A stretch of 37,881 nucleotides of DNA from Octopus bimaculoides (lineage: Eukaryota). Below the pieces are notes generated by a model, which saw only the letters and a list, made by a program, of their open reading frames with translations, had not been told where the DNA came from and did no database searches. Of the stretch, positions 22,955-35,174 are shown piece after piece. The stretch is from NCBI RefSeq assembly GCF_001194135.2, contig NC_068984.1, forward strand, positions 78,292,453-78,330,333, in the 5' to 3' direction. Numbering within the stretch: position 1 is the first letter of the stretch; each line of letters begins with the position of its first letter. Both the position numbers and the translations under genes were made by a program.

Positions 22955-23350
22955 GGGTGCCTCTACGTAGACGTTAAACCTCGCAAAAATAGTAGCCAAA
23001 TTTACCTCAAATCGCACCCTCTACAGCGTTAAATAAAAGGAAGGGAAGGGATATTGGATAACGTATAAGTCTGACACTGAAAAACGATGGGATTATAGCT
23101 CTTTTCAATTAGGACTTACCTCGGGTTAAACAAGAACAACAACAAAACGTACCGAAGCCTCTACTTTAGCAACTAAATTAGCCTCAAAACATACCCTTCC
23201 AACTTGTAAAAATAGGAAAGGTAAAATGTATAATGTAGCCCTAAATAGAATGCGGTTGGCGTTGTGGGGTGGGGTTAAGATAGTTACGGCTGGAATGCTT
23301 TTCAGAATGGTTTTGCTCGATGAAGGATAAATTGGGACTAAACAACAAAA
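22955..23350 (+). repeat. Two tandem diverged copies of a short retroposon tail ending in (AAC)n; related copies at about 21160-21350 (+) and 23745-23850 (-)
   Basis: Shared blocks by eye: tagccaaat...cctcaaa-x-cacaccct, gggat(g/t)(g/a)t(c/t)a-x-(a/g)gct(a/g)gaatg, and a (c/t)taaacaa(c/g)aacaac tail. Confidence 0.5.
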
Positions 23351-26159
23351 ATAACAACACTAGTAAAAACACTCTTTACTACACTTATTGATATCAATTA
23401 ACGGCTATAATAGTACATACCACAGCTACTACTGCAGTAGATACTGTTGCTGACACTACAAATACTATTACTACTACTGCAGTGTAGCTGCTGCTGCTAT
23501 TCTGCTGCTGCTGCTGCTTTTATACTGCTGCTTCTACTACAGAAACCGTCATCGTCGCCGTTAAACCGTCATTCACTATTATTATTTTTTCTTCTTACAC
23601 TTTGGACAATCCACTTTTCTATAGTACATTTTACTCGCTTACCACTGGTTTATCCCACTATGGCTACCAATATATGTACGTATGATGAAACTATTATTAT
23701 TATCATTATTATTATGCATATTATAATTTTTCTTTTTGTTCTTGTTGATGTTGTTTTTTAACCCTAGATCTTCCCCGCCGATCGTGCAAACCTTATGATC
23801 AAAGACATTCCAGCCGAAACCATTCCGTCTTTTATAGTGAATCTAGTGCTATATTATTCAATGTGTCATTCTGCTTCTTATGTATATTTTCAAATTTAAT
23901 GGTGGTGCGAGTGATTAGGAAGATATATGACTGCTATTTCAAGCATGTCGGGCGACCATCTTCATTAGCCCGGGCTCCATATCTCGTTGCCGTTATGCAT
24001 ATTATCACAGTTAGATACTCCATAACGCCTATTATCATTTGTTCTATTTAGTTAACTGATATTATACGTTCTAAGTTCAAAACCCGTCCATATCAACTTT
24101 ACCGCTTTCATATTATTCGGGGGTCGTAAATGTACTGAAGTTGGATGTAATGTAATCACAACCCTCCCTTGAAAGATAACTGTCGGCTTGTGACAATGTC
24201 AAAAATGAAAATATATACACATTATACACACGTGCATGCGTATGTATGTGTGTGTGTATGTATGTATGTGCACGTTTGTATTTGCATGTGTGTAAGTATA
24301 TATGCATGTATGTATATTGTCGCGGTTACTATTAGGAGATTTCATGAATGGCGCGTGAGGAATATAGTAAACACGCTTTCGATGAATGGATCGGCCATTC
24401 AATTTTCAGTTCCGCTTGTGAGGGTGTGGAACCGAAAGAGGCCATGTGCCCGGAAGACTGTCTGGATATATTTTTTAAAATATTTCTAGCGGTTTGTGCG
24501 TATGCTCTGACGTTCCCCTGAGAGTCTGCTTTCTATATTTGGAAGCTTATACATATATCAAACTATATAATACAAACATAAGTACGTATGTACATAAATA
24601 CATACATACGCACTCGCGCGCAAATTAATTGAATTGTAAAAGCGTTTCCTGACTTTTGGCCCGTCCTGTATACACACGCACACACACACACACACACGCA
24701 CACACACACACACAAACACAAATGCGTGTGTATATATGTATGTGCGTGTGTATCGGTAGCAAAGCGAGGGTGTTGGGGGCGGTGCCCCCTGGGATAAGAT
24801 TTTATGGGGCTTCTTACGCAAGGGCTGTCCTGGGCGGCCCCCTCTTGCTACGTCACTGGTGTGTGTGTGTATATGTATGTATACATGTGTGCATGCAATC
24901 ATATATATATATATATATANNNNNNNNNNNNNNNNNNNNNNNNNNNNNNNNNNNNNNNNNNNNNNNNNNNNNNNNNNNNNNNNNNNNNNNNNNNNNNNNN
25001 NNNNNNNNNNNNNNNNNNNNNNNNNNNNNNNNNNNNNNNNNNNNNNNNNNNNNNNNNNNNNNNNNNNNNNNNNNNNNNNNNNNNNNNNNNNNNNNNNNNN
25101 NNNNNNNNNNNNNNNNNNNNNNNNNNNNNNNNNNNNNNNNNNNNNNNNNNNNNNNNNNNNNNNNNNNNNNNNNNNNNNNNNNNNNNNNNNNNNNNNNNNN
25201 NNNNNNNNNNNNNNNNNNNNNNNNNNNNNNNNNNNNNNNNNNNNNNNNNNNNNNNNNNNNNNNNNNNNNNNNNNNNNNNNNNNNNNNNNNNNNNNNNNNN
25301 NNNNNNNNNNNNNNNNNNNNNNNNNNNNNNNNNNNNNNNNNNNNNNNNNNNNNNNNNNNNNNNNNNNNNNNNNNNNNNNNNNNNNNNNNNNNNNNNNNNN
25401 NNNNNNNNNNNNNNNNNNNNNNNNNNNNNNNNNNNNNNNNNNNNNNNNNNNNNNNNNNNNNNNNNNNNNNNNNNNNNNNNNNNNNNNNNNNNNNNNNNNN
25501 NNNNNNNNNNNNNNNNNNNNNNNNNNNNNNNNNNNNNNNNNNNNNNNNNNNNNNNNNNNNNNNNNNNNNNNNNNNNNNNNNNNNNNNNNNNNNNNNNNNN
25601 NNNGTATGTATGTATGTCATTATTCAGTTATATTTCAAAATTTCTTGTCAATAGAGAAAGAGCTGGTTTCTAACCCAAGGTGCTTTCATTGGAATTTCAA
25701 CATCAGCAACAGGGTATTTTTGTTTGTTTGTTTGTATGTATGTATATGTGCAGATTTGTATATTTTGTTTTATGTATGTATGTATTCTCATGCATATAGT
25801 TGCATATCTAGACATGCTCATATATATCTAAATGATAAACTTCTGGAAAGTTTTACAGATTTTTACAGTTCCAGTGATGGATTGGATCTGTAGTCTTCAA
25901 ATTAGCTTATGTATGTATGTATGTATTCTTTTATTCTTTTACTTGCTTCAGTCATATGACTGGTGCCATGCTGGAGCAATTTTGTCTTTTAAATTTTATT
26001 TAAGTTCTTAAGAGAGTTCAAGCTAGTCACTAACAAAGTGACAAGACTTTTTGAGTTAAGAGAGTTCCCAGTGTTTGTAAATATGTGGTTGAGTTGGTGT
26101 ATTAGTTGAACTGTTGATGCACACACCCAAGTGTGTGCATCTGTTCATCTAAAAATCTC

Positions 26160-26905
26160 AGATGGAGAATCTTTGGAATGTATTACAAATCTTCACTGTG
26201 CCGCTAATAGATTGGATTTAAAGAATGTGTGTCAGTTTTTTTTTTGCTCTTTCTTTGAAAAATCTAGTATTTCCAGTTTATTTTCGTGTAAATTTGTAGG
26301 TTCATAGCCAAATGCATTTACGATGATAAGTACAAAAATGAGAATTTATAGTCAGCATACAAGAGCTGTATATTTCACATTAATTTACCATAGATGTTCT
26401 CTTTTTCTTGGACCTTTGATAGTACATTCGCATCTGCTGAGCAGTAGATCTCTACAACAGTGCATGACTTTTGTTCCCTGCTCTACAAAACAATATCAAG
26501 TCTGTTATGTTTGCACTGATGTTTGCACCATCAGTATTCCTTGCTTTTAAAGGTGTAAATACCTGCTAGTTCTGACATGCCTTTGATGTATTTGTCAGAG
26601 CAATCCATCTTGCATCCATCTTGTAGATAGCATTGTAAATAGTAAATAGTTTTTGCAACTATATCATGCATTAGAAACAAGTATCACATAGACATTTTGG
26701 AGCAGCTGGTGTTGATGATGTTGGTGGTATCCTCCACACTGGTATAGCATAGCTGAGATTTTCTATCTGTACATGGAGGTTTGGTGCTATCTTTGTCTCT
26801 CTATTTTATCAGGTATTTAGTAGCTATCTCCTGTTTCTGGATAACAAAGGCATATCCTTCTAGGTGGGATATAATGTATCTATCTCAGGTCCAGGAGAGG
26901 CTACT
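26160..26905 (-). mobile_element. R4/Dong-clade non-LTR retrotransposon C-terminus (zinc-knuckle region and RLE), degenerate
   Basis: HLEGYAFVIQKQEIATKYL...CYTSVEDTTNIINTSCSKMSM*YLFLMHDIVAKTIY; then CKHNRLDIVL*SREQKSCTVVEIYCSADANVLSKVQEKENIYGKLM*NIQLLYADYKFSF...SISGTVKICNTF. These match the EGF-x-x-AIQ-x-Q, RHD-x-VA and HNRPD...E-x-x-CP...K-x-x-EK-x-x-x-Y motifs of R4-type ORFs. Confidence 0.78.
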
Positions 26906-27246
26906 CTATGTATGTATGTACATACGTATATACATACGTACATATATATGTATGTACAAATGCACACACATGCATACATTTATATATCTATATAAAAATA
27001 TATATATACATATATAGTCATCTTAACCAGCATCATCCTTCTGATAAATGACATACCACTGTAAATGCTCTGACAATCAGCATTGGCTCCTGTCCTATGT
27101 CACTGTGTCCTGTCCTATGTCCTCCTGTCCATTTAGAAGGATTACTGTGCTGAGGTCTGTCCTTGAAATTCTCAGAGCAGGGTATACTTTGTCTCTTCAT
27201 TGCACTCATGTAAAGGAAGATACACACACACACATGTATGTAGATG

Positions 27247-27283
<37 letters not shown>

Positions 27284-28009
27284 NNNNNNNNNNNNNNNNN
27301 NNNNNNNNNNNNNNNNNNNNNNNNNNNNNNNNNNNNNNNNNNNNNNNNNNNNNNNNNNNNNNNNNNNNNNNNNNNNNNNNNNNNNNNNNNNNNNNNNNNN
27401 NNNNNNNNNNNNNNNNNNNNNNNNNNNNNNNNNNNNNNNNNNNNNNNNNNNNNNNNNNNNNNNNNNNNNNNNNNNNNNNNNNNNNNNNNNNNNNNNNNNN
27501 NNNNNNNNNNNNNNNNNNNNNNNNNNNNNNNNNNNNNNNNNNNNNNNNNNNNNNNNNNNNNNNNNNNNNNNNNNNNNNNNNNNNNNNNNNNNNNNNNNNN
27601 NNNNNNNNNNNNNNNNNNNNNNNNNNNNNNNNNNNNNNNNNNNNNNNNNNNNNNNNNNNNNNNNNNNNNNNNNNNNNNNNNNNNNNNNNNNNNNNNNNNN
27701 NNNNNNNNNNNNNNNNNNNNNNNNNNNNNNNNNNNNNNNNNNNNNNNNNNNNNNNNNNNNNNNNNNNNNNNNNNNNNNNNNNNNNNNNNNNNNNNNNNNN
27801 NNNNNNNNNNNNNNNNNNNNNNNNNNNNNNNNNNNNNNNNNNNNNNNNNNNNNNNNNNNNNNNNNNNNNNNNNNNNNNNNNNNNNNNNNNNNNNNNNNNN
27901 NNNNNNNNNNNNNNNNNNNNNNNNNNNNNNNNNNNNNNNNNNNNNNNNNNNNNNNNNNNNNNNNNNNNNNNNNNNNNNNNNNNNNNNNNNNNNNNNNNNN
28001 NNNNNNNNN

Positions 28010-28040
<31 letters not shown>

Positions 28041-28050
28041 CGGGGAGAAT

Positions 28051-28225
28051 TCACAAAAAAAAAAGACACAAAAGATGAAGACAGGTGGTGTAGACAACAA
28101 ACAGATGTATTAGTTTAACACTTGGGTAGTGAAAAAGTCTTTAATGATTCAAGCCTATGCTCTTCCACATAAAGGAACACAAAAAGAAACAAGGAGAGAA
28201 AATAAAGAATGTGTAGTGGCTGTAA
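28051..28225 (-). repeat. Penelope pLTR-like repeat (related to 5590-5800)
   Basis: Reverse complement: CT-rich tract, cctttatgtggaagagcataggcttgaatcattaaag, then aaactaatacat; collinear with 5640-5730. Confidence 0.45.
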
Positions 28226-28270
28226 TGATTATATATATTGTATATGGGGGTGTATATATACACATACATA

Positions 28271-29400
28271 AGACTGTTGGCTGAAAAGTTCATAGGCTGA
28301 CCAAGATATTCTCATGGAATGTGACCAAATGTGGTTGGTTTTTCAACATAGTCCCTCTTGTGATCCCCATATGTCTTCCGTCAATGTTACAATGTTTGCA
28401 TCCCATTGGTGTAGAAGCTTTTATCCTGTTGGTCAAAAAGTCATCAACAGCAGATATGACATCATCATCACTGCGATGCTGGTTCCCAGCCAAGTGATTT
28501 TTCATGTTGGGGGACAAATGATAAACAGATGGTGCCAAATCAGGAGACTAGGGTGGGTGATCAATCAGTTCAAAGCCACAGTCATGCACAGCAGCCATTG
28601 AAACCAAGGATTTTTGTGCTGGAGTTTTGTCATGATGAAACAAGACCCCTTTCATTAGTTTTCCTGGGTGTTTGGTCTTGATAGCCTTTTGTAACTGCCT
28701 CAGCAAGTTGGCATTGTACTCCATGGATGATGTGGCCCTTTTGAAAATAGTCAATGAACGCATTGTCTTTTGCATCCCAAAAAACTGAGGCTGTCATCTT
28801 CCCTGCTGATGAAACGACCTTGACCTTTGGAGCAGGTGAGGAGCAGTGTTTTCCACTGCATGGATTGTCTCTTTGTATCTTACTCAAAGCGATGAGCAAA
28901 CACTCGTCCTAAGTTAGGAAATGTTCAAAGAAACCAGCTGGATCTGTTTCTAGCAATGTCAGATTTTCCCATGATGTGATCAGCCTGGTGCTCTTTTGAT
29001 CAGGTGTCAGAAGATGTGGCACCCACTGAGCAGAAATAGTTATCATGCCAAGTTCATTGTGCAGGATTTTCTCAACTCTTTCACAGGATATACTAATTGC
29101 ATTGGCTATTTGATGTTTTCCTTGGTGATGGTGGATGCAGGATGTCCAGATCTTGGGTCATTTTCAAAACTCTCTCTTACCCTCCTAAATTCAACTTCCC
29201 ACTTCAGCTGCCCTCCTTTACACTTTTGATAAAACTGAAGCATCATCTAATGTAGCAACCATGTCAGCATGAATGTTGTAGGGACCTAAAGCATTTTTCT
29301 GCAGGTACTTGATAAGACAATGATGCCAAATTTTGTCTATTTTCAAGAGAAGTCACTAATAGTTACTTTTGAAGTCGACAGTGAACAGTCAGATGTCAGT
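28271..29400 (-). mobile_element. mariner transposon, irritans-like, second copy of the 13428-14717 family, lacking the right TIR
   Basis: TA|agactgttggctgaaaagttcataggctgaccaagat, then collinear similarity with 13428-14620. Translated pieces: YNANLLRQLQKAIKTKHPGKLMKGVLFHHDKTPAHKS-like and KVKVVSSAGKMTASVFWDAK. Confidence 0.88.
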
Positions 29401-29440
29401 TTCCAGAGAAGAGATGTAGCATTATATAGGATGCATGTAA

Positions 29441-29655
29441 GGCGGTGAGCTGGCAGATTTGTTAGCATGCTGGGTGAAATGCTTAGCAGTAGTTAGTCTG
29501 TTGCTAAGTTCTGAGTTCAAATTCTGCTGAGATTGACTTTACCATTCATCCTTTCGGAGTGAATAAATTAAGTACCAGTGAAACACTGGGGTCAGTGTAA
29601 TTGACTAGTCCCCTCCCTCCAAATTTCAGGCCTTGTGCCTTTAGTAGAAAGGATT
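29441..29655 (+). mobile_element. tRNA-derived SINE (family A)
   Basis: ggcggtgagctggcagatttgttagc...gagttcaaattc...gtaccagtgaaacactgggg...ggccttgtgcctttagtagaaagg. Confidence 0.85.
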
Positions 29656-29659
29656 ATAT

Positions 29660-30600
29660 CAGATGTGTAAGTAACTGGAAATAAGATAATGATGTTAGTG
29701 ACACGATGTCAGTGCATACCTTCCAGATACAAGAAGGTGAGTATAAGTGAGAATATGAACCAAGAACCAGGAAGGGTGAGTGGGTGGATAAGTTTATAGG
29801 AGTCTGAGAGCTTAGGTGATTAGAGGTGAATGTAGTAAATGATGTACAAGTGTAGAGATATGATGAATGGTTCATATCAAGATAGCGGAGGAAGTAAAGG
29901 AAATAACTCAAGAAGGAGAAGATAAGGAGCTGTAAAGTAAGGGTGCAGAGCAGTAGTATAATAAACCTATAGATATATTGGGGAAATAGGGAAATAATGT
30001 GCAAGGCTGGAGAGTAGGTGAGAAAGAGAGAGATGTATAGAGATAGAGGTTAGAAGTATATAGTGGAGGCTATAGAAAGTAGGTGACAAAGATAGAGGGT
30101 AACCACTGACAACAGATATGAAAGAACTTTAAAGGGATGGCAATCTTACGATGTTGTTCAGAGGAGAGGGAGAGATACCTGGTGGCATAGATTGGGGTGA
30201 TCAGTGGGAAAATACTCTGGCAGCGATCACGCGTGGATGGTGCGCTTAGCGCTCCACTGGCATGGGTGCCAGTCATTGAATTTGCAAATTTCATTGATTT
30301 CAATTAGACATATGTATATATTATTGATACTAAGCAGGAGCTTCACAAGTGCATGCAGTGTTTTGGGAGTATAGATTTAACCTATTGTTACAACTACTCC
30401 TAATTCTGCTCCTACCTAGAGCAGACAAAGGAGACAGTTGTGGGACAGACAGTGGGAGATGGTTCTATAGTTAAGGCATACAGGACTTGGAAGAGATTTG
30501 GTGTTTTCAGATATGTGTCACTCATTCTCGTCAGTGTGAACATGCTCTAATGTCATTTGAACCAGTTACTTGCCTATGGTTCAGTGCCTAATATGTATAC
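29660..30600 (-). mobile_element. Possible very old Penelope-like 3' fragment
   Basis: Faint YILG...WFK*H*SMF and NCLLCLL relics precede a long pyrimidine-rich minus-strand tract, the same architecture as 40-1020. Confidence 0.3.
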
Positions 30601-30639
30601 TTGGGAGAGCAGGAAACTAGTAGAATAAACTGTGTAGCA

Positions 30640-30787
30640 TCCATTACACTCTTGGAGTGGTTGGTGTTAGGAAGAGCATCCAGTTGTAGAAACCATGTCA
30701 AATCAGACTGGAACCTGGTGCAGCCCTCCAGCTTACCAGTTCCAGTCAAACCATCTAACCCATGCCAGCATGGAAAGCAGACATTAA

Positions 30788-30819
<32 letters not shown>

Positions 30820-30820
30820 A
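30640..30820 (+). mobile_element. RTE-type 3' tail with (GAT)n
   Basis: ggttggtgttaggaagagcatccag...aacccatgccagcatggaaagcagacattaaatgatgatgat. Confidence 0.75.
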
Positions 30821-32297
30821 CCAGGCTTTGCAAAAGTCCTGTTTCACTTTGGTTTTGATCTTTTGAGAGGTTAATCTGTGTAGTAGAAAAAGTGCTGTCA
30901 TACATACTGGAAGTTATACTTTTGCAGCATGTGTCATTAAAACGTCTTTACCATTGTGTGCAGGTGTATGGAGATATAAGCGAAAAGAATCGAGATCTCT
31001 GCTCTCCTGCGAACAGGCCACAAGTCCGACATCACCAAGTGGCTTAATGTCAGCTAGATGACTGTCTACAGAGTTGCAGAGAGGCTCAAAAATAGGAGAT
31101 CGACCTCGATCAGGCAGACCTCAAATTGTCAGCTGTTTGGCTGTGAGAAAGTCCTTTGAAAGTGATCCAAAGCTCAAAATGACTGTGCTCATGAAGAACA
31201 ACAACATCTCAGAGGTCACAGTATCCAAGGCCATCAAAAAGGAGGGTGGCAAGAGCTTGAAGTACATGGAAAGGCCCCTGCTCACTGACCATATGCGAGA
31301 ACAATGTTGGAAGTGCTGTCGTCACCTCCTCAATGACTTGAAGTGTCATGGCAATTGAATTTTCATTTTTTTCTGATAAAATATCCTTCGTGGTTGATCT
31401 AGTCATCAACAAGCAGAACAACTTGTGTGGTCAGCTTCAGCCAGGATGTCTCCGAGATCTGTTGTGTGTTCATGACCAAGCATTTGGCCTCCATGATGGT
31501 GCTTGGCATTGTGGCTTCAAATGGTAAGAAGATGCCACCAGTGTGGTTCGCAGCTGGTTACAGGCTCACCACAGCTGACTAGAGGGACATCTTAGCCACA
31601 AAAGTCCTGCCCTTGGTGAAAAATATCATGAATTAGGCAGACTATGTCTTTCAGTATGACAGTGCCCCGGTCCACATGGCCAAGGCTGTGCAAGAGTGGT
31701 TGAGGTTAAAGATGAACTTTTTGGTGGAAGGACTTCTGATTGCTGCTGTTGCCTGACCTCCCCCTCCCCGACTAGAGCATGTGGGTGCATGTTGAGGGCA
31801 AGGCCTGCAAGGTCCATCACAGCAATGTTGACGAGCTGAAGTCCTCCATCAATACCAGAATGAGGAAGGACTTCGTCCACAATGCGCATGTGGCCTTCAG
31901 GACTCGCTTGGTGCATGTGCTCGCCACCGAAGACAGCCACATTGACTAATATTAATATTCTTTTCTACTCTAAGCATAAGGCCCGAAATTTTTGGGGAGG
32001 GGGCCAGTTGATTAGATCGACCCCAGTACACAACTGGTACTTAATTTATCAACCCCGAAAGGATGAAAGGCAAAGTCAACCTCAGTGGAATTTGAACTCA
32101 GAATGTAAAGACAGACAAAATACCGCTAAGCATTTTTCCTGGCGTGCTAAAATTTTTGCCAGCTTCCCGCCTTATTTGATATTAATATCTAAACGCATAT
32201 TTATATGTTAAAACAAAACATCTAACTGCATCAAAACTATCATTGTGTCCTTTGTTGAGAGTGTTGTAACGTGTATAACAGGACTTTTGCAAAGCCT

Positions 32298-32299
<2 letters not shown>
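30821..32299 (+). mobile_element. maT/DD37D-like Tc1/mariner transposon, full length, with a SINE inserted near the right end
   Basis: Perfect 23-bp TIR CCAGGCTTTGCAAAAGTCCTGTT with TA flanks. Transposase relic at about 30970-31948: DRPRSGRP...ERPLLT...IFIFSDK...TKHLASMMVLGIVASNGKKMPPVWF...YVFQYDSAPVHMAKAVQEWL...PDL...SMWVHVEGKACK. Confidence 0.9.
31959..32178 (-). mobile_element. tRNA-derived SINE (family A) nested in the maT element, with TSD
   Basis: Reverse complement begins aaataaggcgggaagctggcaaaaattttagcacgccagg. A 10-bp TSD atattaatat lies at 31949-31958 and 32179-32188. Confidence 0.9.
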
Positions 32300-32339
<40 letters not shown>

Positions 32340-33559
32340 GGAGTAAGCACATGAAATGTGCAACAAGGTGGAAAAAAGAGTACTCAAATACCATATATAT
32401 ATAGATATAGATATGTACATACATACATATATAGAGTAGGTACAGCAAGGAACACAAAAGGAAGAAAACAATATGAGAGGGATAAGTTTAATAAAAGTTG
32501 CATTATTATATTTGATGTCATAAAAGACACACAGGCGTATAAGATGATGCACCCCAATTTCAGTAGTGTATATACAGGGAATATGCTGGTTTACCATCTT
32601 TTTAGGAATATGGCTTTACTAGGAGGAGAAAATTCCCAGCCCCCTTGCTCCTGCCCCTTTTAGTCACCTCTTATGCCACACAGGGAATACAGCGACTATA
32701 TTCTACCGATTTCCCCTGCCCCCAGTTGCAGGGGGTTTGCTAGTTAACCCATAGCTAGGATCCTTACAGGTGCTACCACTCTGGGCCAGGGTTGACCTGG
32801 GAGCAATAGTGGTTAAGAGGTGGTTCCACACTCCTCAAACCCTGAAACCAGGGCCCCAGGGTCCCACTACTGGATGTAATTTATAGTCATACCCAGCTGG
32901 GAAATGAATGTAATGCCTGGTATGTGTCTTGTTGTGGCTACCCCCACCTGAGAAAAAACAATGGGAGAATAGGCCTGGGTATATAAAAGGGAAATTTTTT
33001 TTACTACATTAAAGCATGTAAATATAGGTAGTGATGGCAGTTATATACACACTGGTAAGATTGAGAGCAATTAATGAATAGCTGTGTATGTGTGTGTGTA
33101 TATTTTTATGTATATAGTTATATTTACATATATGTACACATATAATTGTGTATTGGCCACAAGATCACTTCCTCATATATAAAGGTTTCAGACTCACTGA
33201 CGAGCAGGGATCTCCTTCAATCTTTGGAAACATGCTACAGTGTGTTCCATTCTCAAGAAAAGTAATCTCTCTGAGCTTGTTAATTATCACCCTATCATGC
33301 TTGCATCTAACATCTCTTAAGATAATGTAGACAGCTATTATCAATAATCTCCTCCAACACCTTCAATGTCTCTTTCTATAAATCCAGATCCACTGGTAAC
33401 TCACTCTTCTACGTCACCCACAGTGAGCTCTCACTTTGGTGAAAGCAATGTTTCCCTCAGTACCATCTTTTGACTATGTCTGGTATGCAATTCTCTCAAA
33501 ACTACTTACCTATGGGCTTTGAAACTCTCTCAGCTCCTGGATCAGAAGCTTCTGATCAA

Positions 33560-34480
33560 ATTGCATCCTGTGGTGTGTATTGACGGAGCTCTTTCTGTCC
33601 TTTATTCTGTTAACCCTGGAATGCTTCAGAGCTTGGTTTTTGTCCTCACTCTCTTCTTTCTCTACATTAATGGCAACATCTAACAACACCTACTCATATG
33701 CAGAGAACATCTCACTTCATTCTTCCCTAATCTTCTTCAACCGTGCATCATCCTAGACACCACATGACAAACTTGTACCAGTTCTATGGACAGAGATTTC
33801 AAAAGCATCTGCCAGTGGAGGATATGCCTCTTCTCTCTCTTCTAACAGCAAGAAAACACAAACTCTACTCATCTCATGGAGCCATCATTGCATAACATTT
33901 CACTTCATTGTGAGTAACAAGCAATTATATCCCTCACAATTGTCTCAAATATTGGCTCTCATTATTACCATGGGTCTCTTTTGAGAAAGAGCACATCTTT
34001 AACACTGCTTCTGACCCTGCAGTTAATTCATCTTCCCAACAATTATTGACATTCTACAAGGCTTAGGTGGGGCCCACAATGAAGTTTTATTCTCAGATCT
34101 GGGATAATGTGGTCCTACTATTACACACAGAAACATACAAGACTGCATCAAGAGAATGAATACACAATGGATTGGTATAATGTCATTCACAGACATGCTC
34201 TAGCCTCTGGCTCACAATAGCACTATCTCTCCTCTATCTTTTATACTGTTCCCCATAGTGGCTTCTGCTCTTTGGGGTTGGCTAGGTTTATTCTAGCTCC
34301 ACTCAGGTATTCCTGTCTCACTCATCACTCTTGTTATGTCTAACTCCATCAAGCCCTGCACTAAACACTACATCCAGGTTTTCCTTCCCAGAATGATAGC
34401 TTTCTGGAATTCCTTCCCCACCTGCTCATGTTTTCCCTACAAGTGTTGATCTGCAACAGTTCCAAAAGAACATCAATGGC
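33560..34480 (+). mobile_element. CR1-group LINE RT and 3' fragment, highly degenerate
   Basis: SVNPGMLQSLVFVLTLFFLYING (compare SGVPQGSVL-x-PTLFLLYIND), TYSYAENISLHSS (compare YADD), NSKKTQ, and FLPRMIAFWNSF...VFPTSVDLQQFQKNIN (compare PRT-x-x-LWNSLP...FK-x-x-VN). Confidence 0.6.
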
Positions 34481-34554
34481 ACCAATCTCACTGGTCTTGG
34501 AGGGCCTGTGTAGACCAGTCACTGCTCCTTGCTCCAGACTCAGTAAGTCAAATA

Positions 34555-34605
<51 letters not shown>

Positions 34606-35136
34606 CTGTGTACATATGTATACATACATGGTGGCAGTTAACTTGTAGATGAATATGACCATCACTGACAAAGCAATGCCTGTACAAAAATTTAGGTCCA
34701 ATAAGGCTTGCACTGCAGCTCATTAACCTTCTCCATCCTCATGACAAGATCCAGAGATAAGCTGTGCCAATATTAATGGCTGGCTCAAGAATGTGGGGAA
34801 ACCTTTATCTCAAGTGTATGCAAAAGATCCCAATATGTATGTGTTTATGATGTTCGTGCATGTATGTAATTATGTATATGTATACACACAAACACATATA
34901 TTTGTGTGTGTGTGTGTTTGTTTGTGCTTATATAAATACTTACACACATACACACACACATATATTTTCTTACACATACATGCACACACACACACATGTA
35001 CTTATGTGTACATACATACACACACATATATACATACACCTACCTACCTACCTACCTACTTACCTAGATACATACATACATACATAGATGCATGCATACA
35101 TACATACATACATACATACATACGCGCGCACACACA

Positions 35137-35174
<38 letters not shown>

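Noticed and set aside
23420-23760. 104-aa hydrophobic ORF at 23447-23761
   Set aside because: It is built from (CTG)n, (CTA)n and (ATT)n low-complexity tracts.
24620-24862. Tc1-like TIR fragment (cccgtcctgta) and a one-sided gctacgtcactg MITE-like end
   Set aside because: Only one convincing terminus each, and the adjacent sequence is microsatellite or gap.
25990-26780. Initially read as a CR1 3' end
   Set aside because: Another frame gives much stronger R4/Dong RHD and RLE motifs, so it was reassigned.
29695-29735. Possible hammerhead relic on the minus strand (ctggaagg-tatgca-ctgacatcgtgtc)
   Set aside because: Too many core mismatches to distinguish from chance.
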